Counted from the first letter of the stretch, positions 44,492-55,866 are shown. The stretch is 64,000 nt of DNA from an uncultured Gemmatimonadaceae bacterium (GCA_963751275.1 CAVVTZ010000009.1:160001-224000); one strand, 5' to 3'. Translations and numbers: made by a program. The notes: generated by a model not told the origin, from the letters alone.

Positions 44492-45028
44492 ATGCGAGTC
44501 CAGGATCTCCTGCTCGACGCGCTGCACGCCAAGCGTGAGAACCGGCTGGAGGATGCGCGGCGCGACCTGCGCGACGCGGCGGCGCAGCTGCGCGAGAAGA
44601 ACGTGCCGAGCGAGCTGGCCGACGTGCTGCGCGACCTCGGCGAGCTCGAGCGCCGGCTGCGGAACGCCGACGCGGCGCGCGGGCATTACGAAGAGGCCGT
44701 CGCCATCCTCAGCGGCGTGGACGATCCGCTGCGCCTCGCGCACACGATGCGGCACCTGGGAGACGTGCACTATGAGGCGGGGCGCACCACGGCCGCGGAG
44801 CTGAGCTACCGCGAGGCGCTCGCACTGTACCGCAACGCCGGCCGCACCAAGCCGCTGGATCTCGCGAACGCCATCCGCAGCATGGCGGTGCTGAAGAGCG
44901 ATCACGGACCGGTCGATGAAGCGCGCACCCTGTGGCAGGAAGCGATGGAGCTGTACGCCGCGGCGAACGTGCAGCCCGGCGTCGCCGAGTGCTCCGCTCG
45001 GCTGAGGATGCTGAGCGCGCGCACCTGA
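44492..45028 (+). CDS. Tetratricopeptide repeat protein
   Basis: LADVLRDLG...AHTMRHLGDVH...YREALALYR repeats; GGAG RBS. Confidence 0.85.
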   Translation: MRVQDLLLDALHAKRENRLEDARRDLRDAAAQLREKNVPSELADVLRDLGELERRLRNADAARGHYEEAVAILSGVDDPLRLAHTMRHLGDVHYEAGRTTAAELSYREALALYRNAGRTKPLDLANAIRSMAVLKSDHGPVDEARTLWQEAMELYAAANVQPGVAECSARLRMLSART

Positions 45029-45109
45029 TGTTCGTATGGGGCGCGCTGCGATCGCGTCGCCCCGGGCAGGCTCTCTTGCGGCGGCGGCCGGGCACGCCGT
45101 AGTGTAGAG

Positions 45110-48100
45110 GTCTCTCCTACCGAAGAGCGTCCCCTGTCGGGTGACGAAGAGCAGGCGGCCTTCGCGGCCGCGGTCGCCGGCACGTACCGTGTCGAGGCGA
45201 AGATCGGGTCCGGTGGTTGGGGAGTGGTCTATCGCGCACACGACCTTCGCAACGATCGCGAGGTCGCGCTGAAACTCCTGCGCGTGGAATTCCAGGGGAA
45301 GCACCCGCTCGAGCGGTTCCGCCAGGAGATCGCCATCCTCGCGCGGCTCAACCATCCCAACATCGTCGCGTATTACGAGTCGGGCGAGTTCAACGGCGCG
45401 CCCTGGTACGCCATGTCGTTCGTGGCAGGGGAGACGCTGAACGACCGGCTGGAGCGCGAGGGGCAGCTGCCGATAGGGGATTCGCTGCGGATCGCGAAGG
45501 AAGTGGCGGACGCGCTCGCGCACGCGCACGCCGAGGGCGTAGTGCATCGCGACATCAAGCCGGGCAACATCCTGCTGCAGGGCGATCGCGTGTTCGTGGC
45601 GGATTTCGGGATCGCGCGCGCGATCGACCGGGGTGAGCGCGAGCAGTGGATCTCGTCGTCGGGCGTTCAGATCGGGACGCCGGCATACATGAGCCCGGAG
45701 CAGGCGGGCGCGGACAAGAAGATCGACGGCCGCTCCGACATCTACTCGCTGGGCTGCGTGCTGTACGAGATGATCGGCGGTCTGCCTCCGTTCTCGGGAC
45801 CGTCCGGGACCGCCACCATGGCGAGACATATCCTCGATCCGGTTCCGCCGCTGGAGACGCTGCGCAGCGCCGTGCCGAAGGCGGTGGCGGAGGTCGTGTA
45901 TCGCACGCTCGCGAAGTCGCCGGCCGACCGGTTCAAGAGTGCGGAGGAGTTCTCGAAGGTGCTGGCGGCGGTGGCGCTCGACCCGGCGACATCCGTGGTG
46001 GCGCCGTCGTATCGCCGCGTGTGGCGCGCGGCGGCCGGCCTGCTGGCCGCGTCCGTGCTGGCCCTGGCGGGCTGGACCGCGTGGCTGGTGGGCGCGCGGG
46101 CGGTCGATGCGCGCGCCGTCGCGGCGGCGGACACGGTGCGGCTGGTGGTGTTCCCGTTCGAGCACGACTCAGGCGTGGCGCCGACGCTCGACGCGGACCG
46201 CTTGATGCGCCAGGGGCTGATGCGATGGCGCGGCGTGGAGGTGGTGGATCCCTTCGCGCTGGCGGAGGCGATGGGTACGCGCACGGATGGCTCGGTTTCC
46301 GCATCGCGGGCGCGCGCGCTCGCGCTGGGATTCCGAGCGGGGCGCTACATCAGGGGATCGCTGTCAAAGGACGGCGCGCTTCTGCGCCTGCAGGCCATGT
46401 TCTACGATGTTTCGAAGGGCGAGACTCCGATCGCCGAGGCGAGCGCGACGGCGGTGGCGTCAGGCCCGCCCTTGCTAGCAGCGTTCACGGGGATCGCTGA
46501 TCGGCTGTTGTTCCGACCGGTCGACTCGGCGGCATTCGCCGCCTCCACGAGCGGGACCTCGAGCCTCGCCTCACGCCAGGCATACCTGCGAGGGCAATCC
46601 GCTCTTGATCGTTGGGCGCTGAGTTCCGCGGATTCCGCGTTCGCAGCGGCCACGCGGATCGATCCGCACTACGCACAGGCGTTCCTGTGGCTCGCGCTCT
46701 CGCGGGCATGGGCCGACAGAGATTCCTCAACGTGGCAATATGCGGTGGAGGCCGCCGCTGCCGGCCGTGCACGATTGTCAGAGGCCGATCGAGCGATGAC
46801 CGACGCGTTGTCGGCGCTCTTCCGCGACGACCGGCCGGGTGCGTGCGCCATATGGGACGCGCTCGCGCGACGGGAGCCGTTCGCATTCTCCGCGTGGTAT
46901 GGCGCGGCGAACTGCCTGTTGAACGACAAGCTCGTTCTGAAGGATGCGAAGAGTCCATCCGGTTGGCGGTTCCGAAGCAGCTATCACTCGGCGCTCATGC
47001 GGTACCGTCGTGCGTTCGAACTGAGACCGGCGGTCCTCAGTGCACTCCGCAGCAACGCATTCACCGACGTGCGCGAGTTGCTATGGACCAGCGGATATGT
47101 GATACGCGATGGTGCGACAGGAGGGCCGGACCCGCAGCAATTAGCTGCATTCGCCTCCTGGGAGGGCGACACGCTCGCGTTCGTACCATTCTCCTACGCA
47201 GTCATCGGAAGTTCGGACCCTCGCATACTTCGTCGACTGCCACGCACGGTTGGCGTTGCGGTCCGGCATCAAGGCAGCTCTTCCGGGACATCGCAATGGG
47301 ATGGGTAGCGTCCGACCCACACAGTGCGGAGGCAGCGCAAGCACTGGCGCTTTCCCTGTTCTTGCTCGGAGAGCCATCCGCGATCGACACGCTCATGCGA
47401 GCGAAATCGCTCGCGATCGAACCAGCCGAGAGGCAGCGCGTCGCCATGATGGAGATCTGGATGCGCGTACAGTTCGCACTGCCGGCGGATCTGCGCGCTC
47501 TCCGAAAGGCGCGTGACCTGGCGGATTCGCTCCTCGCGGCGCGATCGAGCGATCCGGTTGATCCGGAGACTCTTGCGAGCATCGCGGCACTCACCGGACA
47601 CGCCTTCGAAGCGGAGCGCCTTGAGCGTCGTGCCGAGGGCCGTGTGCTCGGCGCCTCGTCTCCACTGATCAGACTTGCCTCTCGCACGATGGTCGTATTC
47701 GCAGCATTCGGCGGCCCGGCGGACACGCTTCGGGCGCTCGAGCAACGGATCGACTCGCTCGTCGCGACGTCGGCGAGTCCGGATCTACGCGCGATGCATC
47801 GCGCCGGAGCACTCGGTCGTGCCGCCGGACTGGCCTTCCCTGATGTTCAGCTGAGCGCCGTCGCATCGCTCGGAACGAGCAACCAGTATCTGCTCAATGC
47901 CGAGGCGGCCTACGTACGTGGTGACAACGCCCGTGCACTTCAGGTGTTGACGAATATGCAGCATGTGCGTGACGCCTTCTTGCCGCTCGACCCGACGATA
48001 GATGGGTTGTATCCGGAAGCCTGGCTGCTTGGAGCGATGGGCGACACACGGAGCGCGATCGAGAGGCTCGATCCCGCGCTCTCGAATCTCCGGGCTTCGT

Positions 48101-48297
48101 CCTACTTAGTTGACCCGATCACCGCTGCGACGCTCGTGAGAGCAATGGCGTATCGGGCCGATCTGGCGGCACGCGCGGGCGACCGACGGAGTGCCGCGCT
48201 ATGGGCTGCCGCGGTGGCGGAGTTGTGGGCGAACGCAGATGAGTTCCTGCAGCCGCTGGTGAAGCGGATGCGCCAACTGGCTGTGGAAGGCGAGTGA
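45110..48297 (+). CDS. Membrane Ser/Thr kinase with long TPR-like C-terminal region (start uncertain; frameshift ~47275)
   Basis: IGSGGWGVV lies upstream of the ORF-track start; VALK, HRDIKPGN, DFG, GTPAYMSPE, TM; continues in ORF ending 48297. Confidence 0.85.
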
Positions 48298-48360
48298 ACG
48301 CTGTGAGGCGAAGTCCATAAGGGACTTCGTGCCGGGAGAACCTCGACATAGGAGGAAGCC

Positions 48361-49659
48361 GTGAATAGGCTCAGCCGTATCACAGGTGCGCTGGCAGGGA
48401 TCGGCGTGGTGCTAGCCGCAGTCTCATGGGGATATGGACACGCTTCGCCCCCGCCGCCGCCGAGGCCGGAGTGCCCGCATGAGTGGCCGGAAGGTCTGAA
48501 GATGGAATTGCCCGTTCCCGGCCCGATCTCGAATGTCCCGGAGTTCCACGACTGCCAGCGGTTCCTTCTCAACAAGTCGGGCAATCTCGCCTACGGATCG
48601 ATGGAGGCGATCTTCGTCCGCTACAAGATCGACTCGGTGTTCGACAGCACTGAACCCCTTCACATTCCGGACACGCTGTACCACACGAGTCCCTGGTATG
48701 CGATCCTGACGCCTCCGACCGCTACGACTCACCTCGCGATAGTCGGACAGGTGCTTTCATATGGGAACTATACCCTACTCGGAATCCAGTCCACATACAG
48801 CTGTATCTTGCTCGAATGGGATGCCGCTCCCTCGCCGCCGATGTACCGCGCTTGGATGGTCCCTGTTCCGAGCGGCACGCGATGCGGCCTTCCTCCGCTC
48901 ACGCTCCCGGCCGCTCACATCAAGGAGCTGTACGTGACTCCAGTCACGTTCGCGAATGACGCGCCGCCGGTCTCGCGCTGGGACTGGGATCCGATCGCGA
49001 GAGAGCAGTACATCGGGATGGTCTGTCCGACCGGTTGGTGTGAGTTGCATGCCGAGCAGGGTTATACAACGTCCTCGAGCCACGGCGGAACGCCGTCGAT
49101 TATGAAGGGCTGGTACGATGAGCAATATCTGGCGAGCTATGTCTCCGGAGCGCTGACGATGGATGGATCGTTCGGTGCGATCTTTCCCGATCCGACGCTT
49201 GGTGGGAGAAGCGTCGCGAGCTACACCGGCCAATGGTTGGCCTCAGCATGGGTGACGCTGAATCACCAGTCGGCGAACTACGCCCCAAAACTGAATCTCG
49301 AGCCTGGGTCGCCTATGATGAACCCATTGGCGGATCTCGTGCACCCGGATGTCGCGCGGCAGTACAACGAGATCGAGCTGTGTTTCAGTACCGGCGCTAA
49401 GAGGTGCCCGAACCAAGACCTTGTGAAGCACCCGTGCCCCCCGGACCACTGGACGGAGGGGACCCAATCGTACGTCGGAACCTGGTTCGCCAGAGAGACG
49501 CCGGTGGGGGGACACAATCCCACATACTCCTGTACACAATTCCGATCCTATCCCGGTTTCCAAGCGCCGCCCACGGTCCGCTGGCGGTGGGACCTCAAGG
49601 ATGAGACGATGTGGATCTCATGCCCCCTCGGCTGCTGTCAGGTGAAGGTCGTCCAGTAG
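48361..49659 (+). CDS. Secreted Cys-rich protein with two internally homologous domains
   Basis: AGGAGG RBS, signal/anchor, 13 Cys, internal duplication. Confidence 0.8.
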   Translation: MNRLSRITGALAGIGVVLAAVSWGYGHASPPPPPRPECPHEWPEGLKMELPVPGPISNVPEFHDCQRFLLNKSGNLAYGSMEAIFVRYKIDSVFDSTEPLHIPDTLYHTSPWYAILTPPTATTHLAIVGQVLSYGNYTLLGIQSTYSCILLEWDAAPSPPMYRAWMVPVPSGTRCGLPPLTLPAAHIKELYVTPVTFANDAPPVSRWDWDPIAREQYIGMVCPTGWCELHAEQGYTTSSSHGGTPSIMKGWYDEQYLASYVSGALTMDGSFGAIFPDPTLGGRSVASYTGQWLASAWVTLNHQSANYAPKLNLEPGSPMMNPLADLVHPDVARQYNEIELCFSTGAKRCPNQDLVKHPCPPDHWTEGTQSYVGTWFARETPVGGHNPTYSCTQFRSYPGFQAPPTVRWRWDLKDETMWISCPLGCCQVKVVQ

Positions 49660-49694
49660 GGCAGGACCAGCGGTCGTATCAACGCACGGAGTGA

Positions 49695-49727
49695 ATCGCC
49701 GCCGGGAGCCAAGCTTCCGGCGGCGAT
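49695..49727. terminator. Hairpin between convergent genes
   Basis: atcgccgccgggagc-caa-gcttccggcggcgat; no U tract. Confidence 0.45.
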
Positions 49728-49738
49728 CCGCCGCGTAC

Positions 49739-50729
49739 CTACCGCGTTCGGCTGAGTAGGAGCGCGAGCACGATCGCGATGCCGGTCGAGAGCACCGCGA
49801 TCGCCCAGGGCAGCCAAACCGGCATTCGCGCCAGTTGCGGTGGCACGCCCCACGGAGCGGCGGCGCTCTCGATGCCGGCCACCGCCCGCACGATCTCCTC
49901 GCCGCTCTGCGGTCGCTTCGCCGGATCCTTCTCGAGGGCCTTCATCACGATGGCCGCCAGCGGCGACGGCACATCCACGCGCCGCTTCGCGATCGGGTCC
50001 GGCGCCTGCTTCGCGTGCGCGGTGAAGATCGCGACCACGTTCCGGCCGCCGAAGGGAGGATGCCCGGTGATCATCTCGTACGCCACCACCCCCAGTGCAT
50101 AGAGATCCGCGCGGTGGTCGAGCGCCGGGTCGGCGCGGATCTGCTCCGGCGCCATGTAGATCGCCGTGCCGAGCGGCTTGTTCGCGCTCGTCTTGAAGCG
50201 CTGGAAGGCGGGATCCTGACGCACGGACTCCGAGATCGCCTTCCCGATCCCGAAGTCGAGCACCACGGCATGGCCGTGATAGAACATCACATTCTCCGGC
50301 TTGATGTCTCGGTGCGATCAGCTGCCCGAGGCGTGCGCATAGTCGAGCGCGCTCGCGACGTCGGAGAGGATGCGCGTGATGTCGGCGTACGCCATCGGGC
50401 CGCTCGCGATCGATCCGCTCGCGCAGCGATTCGCCGTCCACGAGCGGCATGGTGTAGTAGAGGTAGATTCCCGCTTGGCCCGCGGAGAGGAGCGGCACGA
50501 TGTGCGGATGCTGCAGCCGCGCGGCCATCGCGATCTCGCGCTTGAAGCGGTCGGCCGAAAGCGTGGCCGCCACCTCGGACGAGAGCACCTTCACCACGAT
50601 GTGCCGGCCGAGCGCGCTCTCGGTGGCGACGAACACGCGCGACATCCCTCCGCGCGGGAGCTCGCGTTCGAGGACGTACTGGTCGCCGAGTGCGGCCTGG
50701 AAGGTCGAAAGCGGGATCTGCTCGCGCAC
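49739..50729 (-). CDS. Short Ser/Thr kinase with C-terminal TM (frameshift ~50320)
   Basis: RGGMSRVF, VVK, RDIKPENV, LDFG, YMAPEQ, DLYALG. Confidence 0.85.
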
Positions 50730-50733
50730 GTCC

Positions 50734-51174
50734 CTAAGGTAGCGCCATCGACGCCTGGCCGAAGACGTAGCGCCAGCCGCCCGCCGTCCTCACGTACACA
50801 TCGCTGAACCAGAGCTTCTTGTCGAACGCGTTGCCGCCGGTGGTGCCTTTCTCCCAGAGGAGCGCGGTGACGACGGCAGTGTTCCCCCAGACGCGTACCT
50901 TCTGGAGCGTGTCCTCCTGCCGCTCATAGATCGTGCTCTTCGTGCGCGCGGCCTCGAGCAGCTCGGCGCGCGTGAACACCGCGCCGCGGCCCGTGACGAG
51001 AATGAAATCCTCGGCGAGGATCGCGCTCATGCCATCGGCGTCGTTGGCCTTCACCGCGGCTTGGTATTTGGTGTCGAGCGCCGCGACGGTGGCGGCGTCG
51101 TCCATCGCCATCGGCGTGCCGCGCGTTAGGCCGAGCAGGCACAGCGCGATGGGCAGGGCGAGCATGGAACGCAT
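50734..51174 (-). CDS. NTF2-like/DUF4440 secreted protein
   Basis: ILAEDFILVTGRG...VRVWGNTAVV...FSDVYVR...W. Confidence 0.85.
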   Translation of the reverse strand: MRSMLALPIALCLLGLTRGTPMAMDDAATVAALDTKYQAAVKANDADGMSAILAEDFILVTGRGAVFTRAELLEAARTKSTIYERQEDTLQKVRVWGNTAVVTALLWEKGTTGGNAFDKKLWFSDVYVRTAGGWRYVFGQASMALP

Positions 51175-51341
51175 GAGAGACTCCGTGGAATTGGCCGCGT
51201 CCAATCGTGCCGCCTCGAGTGGTACGATGTCAACTCGTTCCTCCTCTTTCGCGCGTCCTAGGCACACCCGTGCACTCGCGGAGATTGACGCGCTTCCCGG
51301 CCGCATCTATGTTGGCGAGGCAAGCGAATCGGAGGGGCGCG

Positions 51342-52013
51342 ATGCGATTGGCCCAGTCGGCCGCGGTGGTCGGTATCGCGGTGCTATGTTGCCCAATGCT
51401 TCCGTCGCAAGCGAGCCCCAAGGCGAGCCCGCAGACAGCGAGCGTGCCCATCAGCGCGAAGGCCGTGCCGAGCATTGCATTCGAGGCCGACCTGGCGCAT
51501 GCCGCTCCTGTCGCCAAATCGCTGAAGACCGGGAGCACGGCGTGGCACTGCACCACGACGCACTGCTCGGGCACGGGCCCCGGCACGGATGCGGCCGCCC
51601 TCTGCAAGGCGCTCGCCGCCCAGGTGGGAGCGCTTAAGAATTTTTCTGCGGCCGGTCGTGCGATCGACATGCGCACATGTCCTGCGCCGGCCCCGTTGCC
51701 GGTCGCATCCGTGGCGCAGGTCGCGCCGGCAAACAAGATCGCTGCACCGGTGTCGATCCCGGGGGCGCCGCCGGCCGCGCATGCGGCGGGTTCGACCGGT
51801 TCCACGAGCGCGACCGGCCTCCATTTCACGACTCCCGCGATCACGCTCACCGGCACCGGCGTGCTGGCCGCGGAGGCACCCCGCGCGAACATCGCGTTCA
51901 CGACGCCGGCAATCACGCTCACGGGCACCGGCGCCGAGGCGGTCATCATCGCGCCCGCTCGGGCGGGGATCGCGTTCACGACCGATACCTTCCGACTGAC
52001 GGGCCACCCGTGA
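51342..52013 (+). CDS. Secreted protein with 4-Cys domain (CC_3452-like) and 3 TPAITLTG repeats
   Basis: GGAGG RBS; WHCTTTHC...CKALAAQVG..F...C; C-terminal repeats. Confidence 0.75.
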   Translation: MRLAQSAAVVGIAVLCCPMLPSQASPKASPQTASVPISAKAVPSIAFEADLAHAAPVAKSLKTGSTAWHCTTTHCSGTGPGTDAAALCKALAAQVGALKNFSAAGRAIDMRTCPAPAPLPVASVAQVAPANKIAAPVSIPGAPPAAHAAGSTGSTSATGLHFTTPAITLTGTGVLAAEAPRANIAFTTPAITLTGTGAEAVIIAPARAGIAFTTDTFRLTGHP

Positions 52014-52041
52014 TCCGCATCCTATCTTCGAGGACCCTCGC

Positions 52042-52476
52042 ATGAGGATATGTCTCGGCGCCTGCTGGCTGGTTGCTCTGGCGTGGGCCGCACCGGTCAG
52101 CGCGCAAGCGACGGACTTCACAATCACGGTTCCCGTGAACGTGAGCGGCGTGCCGCCAAGTGTGATATCAATGGGAATAGGCTGTGTGATCAAGCCGACG
52201 CAATTCGGCGATGCCTCGACCTACATCGCACGCGGCAACCAGTTACTCCATCTCACCGGCGGCGCCTACCATGGCAATGTGACCATCGCCGTCAACGCGC
52301 TCCCGGGCAAGGATCCGGCGCAGGCGCACTGGTATTTTTGCATCGCCGATTTCGAGGGCGCAGGCAGCACGATCTACTTCCAGGGCGGCAACATGACGCC
52401 ACCGGTCTTCCCTCTCGTTACGGGCGCACCATTCTATCTCGGTACGACGGTCCCGACCAGGATCCCCGGTCGATGA
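52042..52476 (+). CDS. Small secreted beta-rich protein, paralog 1
   Basis: GAGGA RBS, signal peptide, DFTITVPVNV...C...VTIAV...YFC. Confidence 0.8.
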   Translation: MRICLGACWLVALAWAAPVSAQATDFTITVPVNVSGVPPSVISMGIGCVIKPTQFGDASTYIARGNQLLHLTGGAYHGNVTIAVNALPGKDPAQAHWYFCIADFEGAGSTIYFQGGNMTPPVFPLVTGAPFYLGTTVPTRIPGR

Positions 52477-52940
52477 ACATGCCGAGGATGGGGCTTGCCG
52501 TCTCCGTCGTACTGATGGCCGTCGCATCGGCACCAGCGCAGCAGCCGAAGGTCGCGGCGCCGGTGAAGCCCGTCGTCACGTCGCCGGTCAAGACCATGGC
52601 GCCGGTGACGACGACTGCGGTGAAAATGCCGGCGTCGACCACCATCCGTACGCCGGCGATCACATTCATTGGCGCCGGCTCCAAGGGCGCGACGATCACG
52701 ACGCCCGCTATCACCTTCGCCGGCGCGGGCCCAGGTGGCATCATGATCCGAACGCCCGCGATCATGTTCGCCGGGATCCCCGCAGGCGGGCCGGTCATCA
52801 ACACCCCTGCCATCTCGTTCATTGGCGGCGCCGGCGGCAAGGGGATCAGGACGCCCGCCATCACCTTCATCGGCGTGCACACCGGGTCCACCACGATCAC
52901 GACCGATCCGATCTCCTTCACCGGGAACCCTTCCCACTAG
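52473..52940 (+). CDS. Secreted protein with 6 IxTPAITFxG repeats
   Basis: ATGA overlap with upstream gene; signal peptide; repeats read directly. Confidence 0.8.
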   Translation: MNMPRMGLAVSVVLMAVASAPAQQPKVAAPVKPVVTSPVKTMAPVTTTAVKMPASTTIRTPAITFIGAGSKGATITTPAITFAGAGPGGIMIRTPAIMFAGIPAGGPVINTPAISFIGGAGGKGIRTPAITFIGVHTGSTTITTDPISFTGNPSH

Positions 52941-52956
52941 CCCGGGACTTACCACC

Positions 52957-53355
52957 ATGAAGATCCTACTCGTCGTTCCCGCGCTCCTGCTCGCGCATCA
53001 CGCGTTCTTCGCGGATTACACGTTCAACGTGCCGGTGAATTTGCAGGACTACCAGCAGCCGTCGAGCTATGTGGGCTCGTCGCAGTCCATCTACTGCGTC
53101 GTGCTCACGGGAACGACCGAGCTCGGCACGGGCCGCACGCCCATCGCGATCCCCGCGAGCGGCAACTTCAACGCCACGGTGACGGTCGCGGTCACGATGC
53201 GCTCAGGCCACGCGCCCAGCGAAGCGACGGACTACCGCTGCTGGTTCACTGTGGCCGACGCGGTGCCGGCGGCCACCGCGGTCTCACGCGGCGAGCTGCA
53301 CCCGCGCGCGGGCACGACGCCGGTGCTCCTCGTGAGCGGGCACATCACGCACTAG
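52957..53355 (+). CDS. Small secreted beta-rich protein, paralog 2
   Basis: Signal peptide, DYTFNVPVNL...C...VTVAV...YRC. Confidence 0.8.
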   Translation: MKILLVVPALLLAHHAFFADYTFNVPVNLQDYQQPSSYVGSSQSIYCVVLTGTTELGTGRTPIAIPASGNFNATVTVAVTMRSGHAPSEATDYRCWFTVADAVPAATAVSRGELHPRAGTTPVLLVSGHITH

Positions 53356-55806
53356 TAGATCGCGTCCTCGTCCTCGCCGAAGGGATCGCCCGGCGGCGCG
53401 CGCAGCGCCGGCGTGAGTTTCGGAAGGGTGCCCTCCTCCTCGTAGTGCGCGATGTCGCTCGCGATGAGCGACCAGAAGGCGCGATCCTCCACGCTCCCCG
53501 TGGCCGACCGCGCCTTCGCCATCGTCTTCCACGCGCTGAGCTTGTACGCCGCGATCGCGCGTACCTGGCCGAGCGCGGTGGAATCGGCGGCCAGCAGCAT
53601 CACGCGGTCCACGAGCGCCCGGCGCGATACCTTGAGCAGCGCCTCGCTCTTCACATCGGTCGCGCTCTTCGTCAGCGTCGCCGCGGCGAGCGCGTCGATC
53701 GTCTCGCTCAGCGTGAGCGGATTGGTCTGATGCGGCGCGAATTCCACCAGCCGCGCCGCGCGGTCCTTCTGCAGCACGTCGTCGACGATCATTTGCGCGA
53801 GCGTGCGCGCGGCGCCCAGTTCGTCGAAGGCCGGCCGCGTGCGGCTCGAGAAGATCTCCACGCCGCCGTTGTAGCCCGGCGGCGCCGGCGCGAGCAGCCT
53901 GAGGATGGTATCCGGGATCGCCAGCTCGCTCGGCGCGAGCGCGCCCACCAGCATCTTGAGCGCCGCGCGCTGCCGCGCCGGATCGATCAGCCGCGTGGCG
54001 TTCTCGCCGTCGCCGCGCACGGCGAAGGTGTATTCCATGCCCGCCGAGCGTGCGCGCGGTGGCGCTGATCCCGAAACGGTGGAACAGGTATAGAGGCACG
54101 AAGCGGTCGTGCAGCAGGGCCACCGGCTCGCCCTCGCGAATGTTCCGCAGCCCGAACTCCTTCATCGCCACCCGGCGCACGTCCATCTGCCGCTGGAGGA
54201 ACAGCGTCGCAGTCGCCGCGTCGTCCCACAGGTTCGTGCGCGGATCGGACGCGAAGTCCGGCCGCGCATCCTGATCCGTCAGGTACAGATATCCCTTCTT
54301 CAGCCCCTCGGCCATGATCGCCTTGAGCGAATCGGCCTCGCTCGCCGCGGGGAAGATCCCGTAGCCCCAGTGGATGGCCCACACGTCGTAGTCGCCGGGT
54401 CCCATCGCGTAGGCCTGGCTCACGTCCACCGCGCCCTTGTCGTTCAGCATGATGCGCGGCGCGGGGTAATCCATGACCGACCCGCGCTCGTACGTGCTCG
54501 CGATGTAATTGTGCGCCAGCCCCAGCGTGTGGCCGATCTCGTGCGCGGTCACCTGGCGCACGCGGCCCAGCACGAAATGCGTGTCCGCCGGTGTCGGATT
54601 TGCGCCCATGAGCGCCGCGTAGAGGTTGTACGCCGTGCGGTTGCGGTGCGAGTCCATGTGCGCCACGCCCTTCAGGTTCTCCCCCGTGCGCGGATCGCCC
54701 ATCGAACCGCCGAAGCTCCAGCCGCGCTCGTTGCGGTTGATCCAGAGCACCATGTTGTAGCGCACATCCATCGGATCGGCGCCGGCGGGAAGATCCTTCA
54801 CCACGAATCCGCCCTTGAGCCCCGCGCGGTCGAAGGCCTCGCTCCAGAACTTCGCGCCCGTCACCGACGCCGAATGCATCGGCTCCGGGATCGCGGGGTC
54901 AATGTAGTAGACGATGGGATTCTTGATGGGGCTGTTGGGATCGTTCGGGTTCGTCCGTTCGAGACGGAAGCGCGAGATCCAGTGCACATCGAGTCGCCCC
55001 TGGATCGGCTGCCCGAAGTCCTTGAAATCGACGCCGAAGAATCCGATGCGCGGGTCGGCGACGCGCGGGCGATAGTCGTCGTTCGGCAGCCGCACGAGAC
55101 TGTAATGCACGCGCAGCGTGAACGCGTGGCCGTCGGCCGCCACCTGGCTCACGGTATTCCCCGGCGCGCCGTTCGCGACGAAGGTCTGCGCGATGTCGAT
55201 CTCGGTGTTGTCGGGGAATCCCTTGGTGAACGGCGTGTACACGCTCGAACGGTCCTTCGCCAGCGAGTAACTCCCCTCATGCTCGCTCTGCAGCCGCTCG
55301 CCCACCGCGAGCCAGTCGCGGATGAACAGATCGGTGGCATCCACGAGGATCTTCCCGTTCTCGGTCGCGAGCACCGGCATACTCGCCATGGTGCTCGGCG
55401 GGAACGATTCCATCACCGACTGCCCGTTCGGCGAACTCGCGCCGAGCGAACTGCGGTACTTCCAGTTCTCGACCACGAGCAGCAGCCGGTCGCCCGTGCG
55501 CTGGACGTGCACGACGCGGTCATCGTCGGCCGCGCCGCGGTCGAAGCCGAGCGGATTGGAGCCGAGCCCGGTGGCCTCCTGCGCGAAGAGCAGGAACTTC
55601 ATCGAGTCGTGCGGGACCTCCATGAGGATCTTCCCGTTCTTCTCGTCGAGGTAGAGCGGGATGAAGCCGTCACGCTTCTCCATGCCCGCGGTCTTGGAGG
55701 CGATCGTGGCCGGACCCGTAGAAGCCGCGGGTTGCTGGGCGTTCGCAGCTGTCGCGATCGTGAGGACACAGGAAAGCGCGGTGATCGTACGGAATGAATT
55801 CAGCAT
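53352..55806 (-). CDS. Secreted zinc-dependent metalloprotease (DUF5117/met-zincin; frameshift ~54040)
   Basis: HEIGHTLGLAHNY, SVMDYP Met-turn, ADPRIGFF. Confidence 0.9.
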
Positions 55807-55866
55807 GGCTTCGCGGAGAGGGAATAGGGAACAGAGAGTATGCGGCGCGGGACGATGAAGTTCAAC

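Noticed and set aside
44492..45226. TGA readthrough or selenocysteine fusion of TPR and kinase
   Set aside because: The intervening sequence is not protein-like, no SECIS-like hairpin was identified, and open frames are common at this GC.
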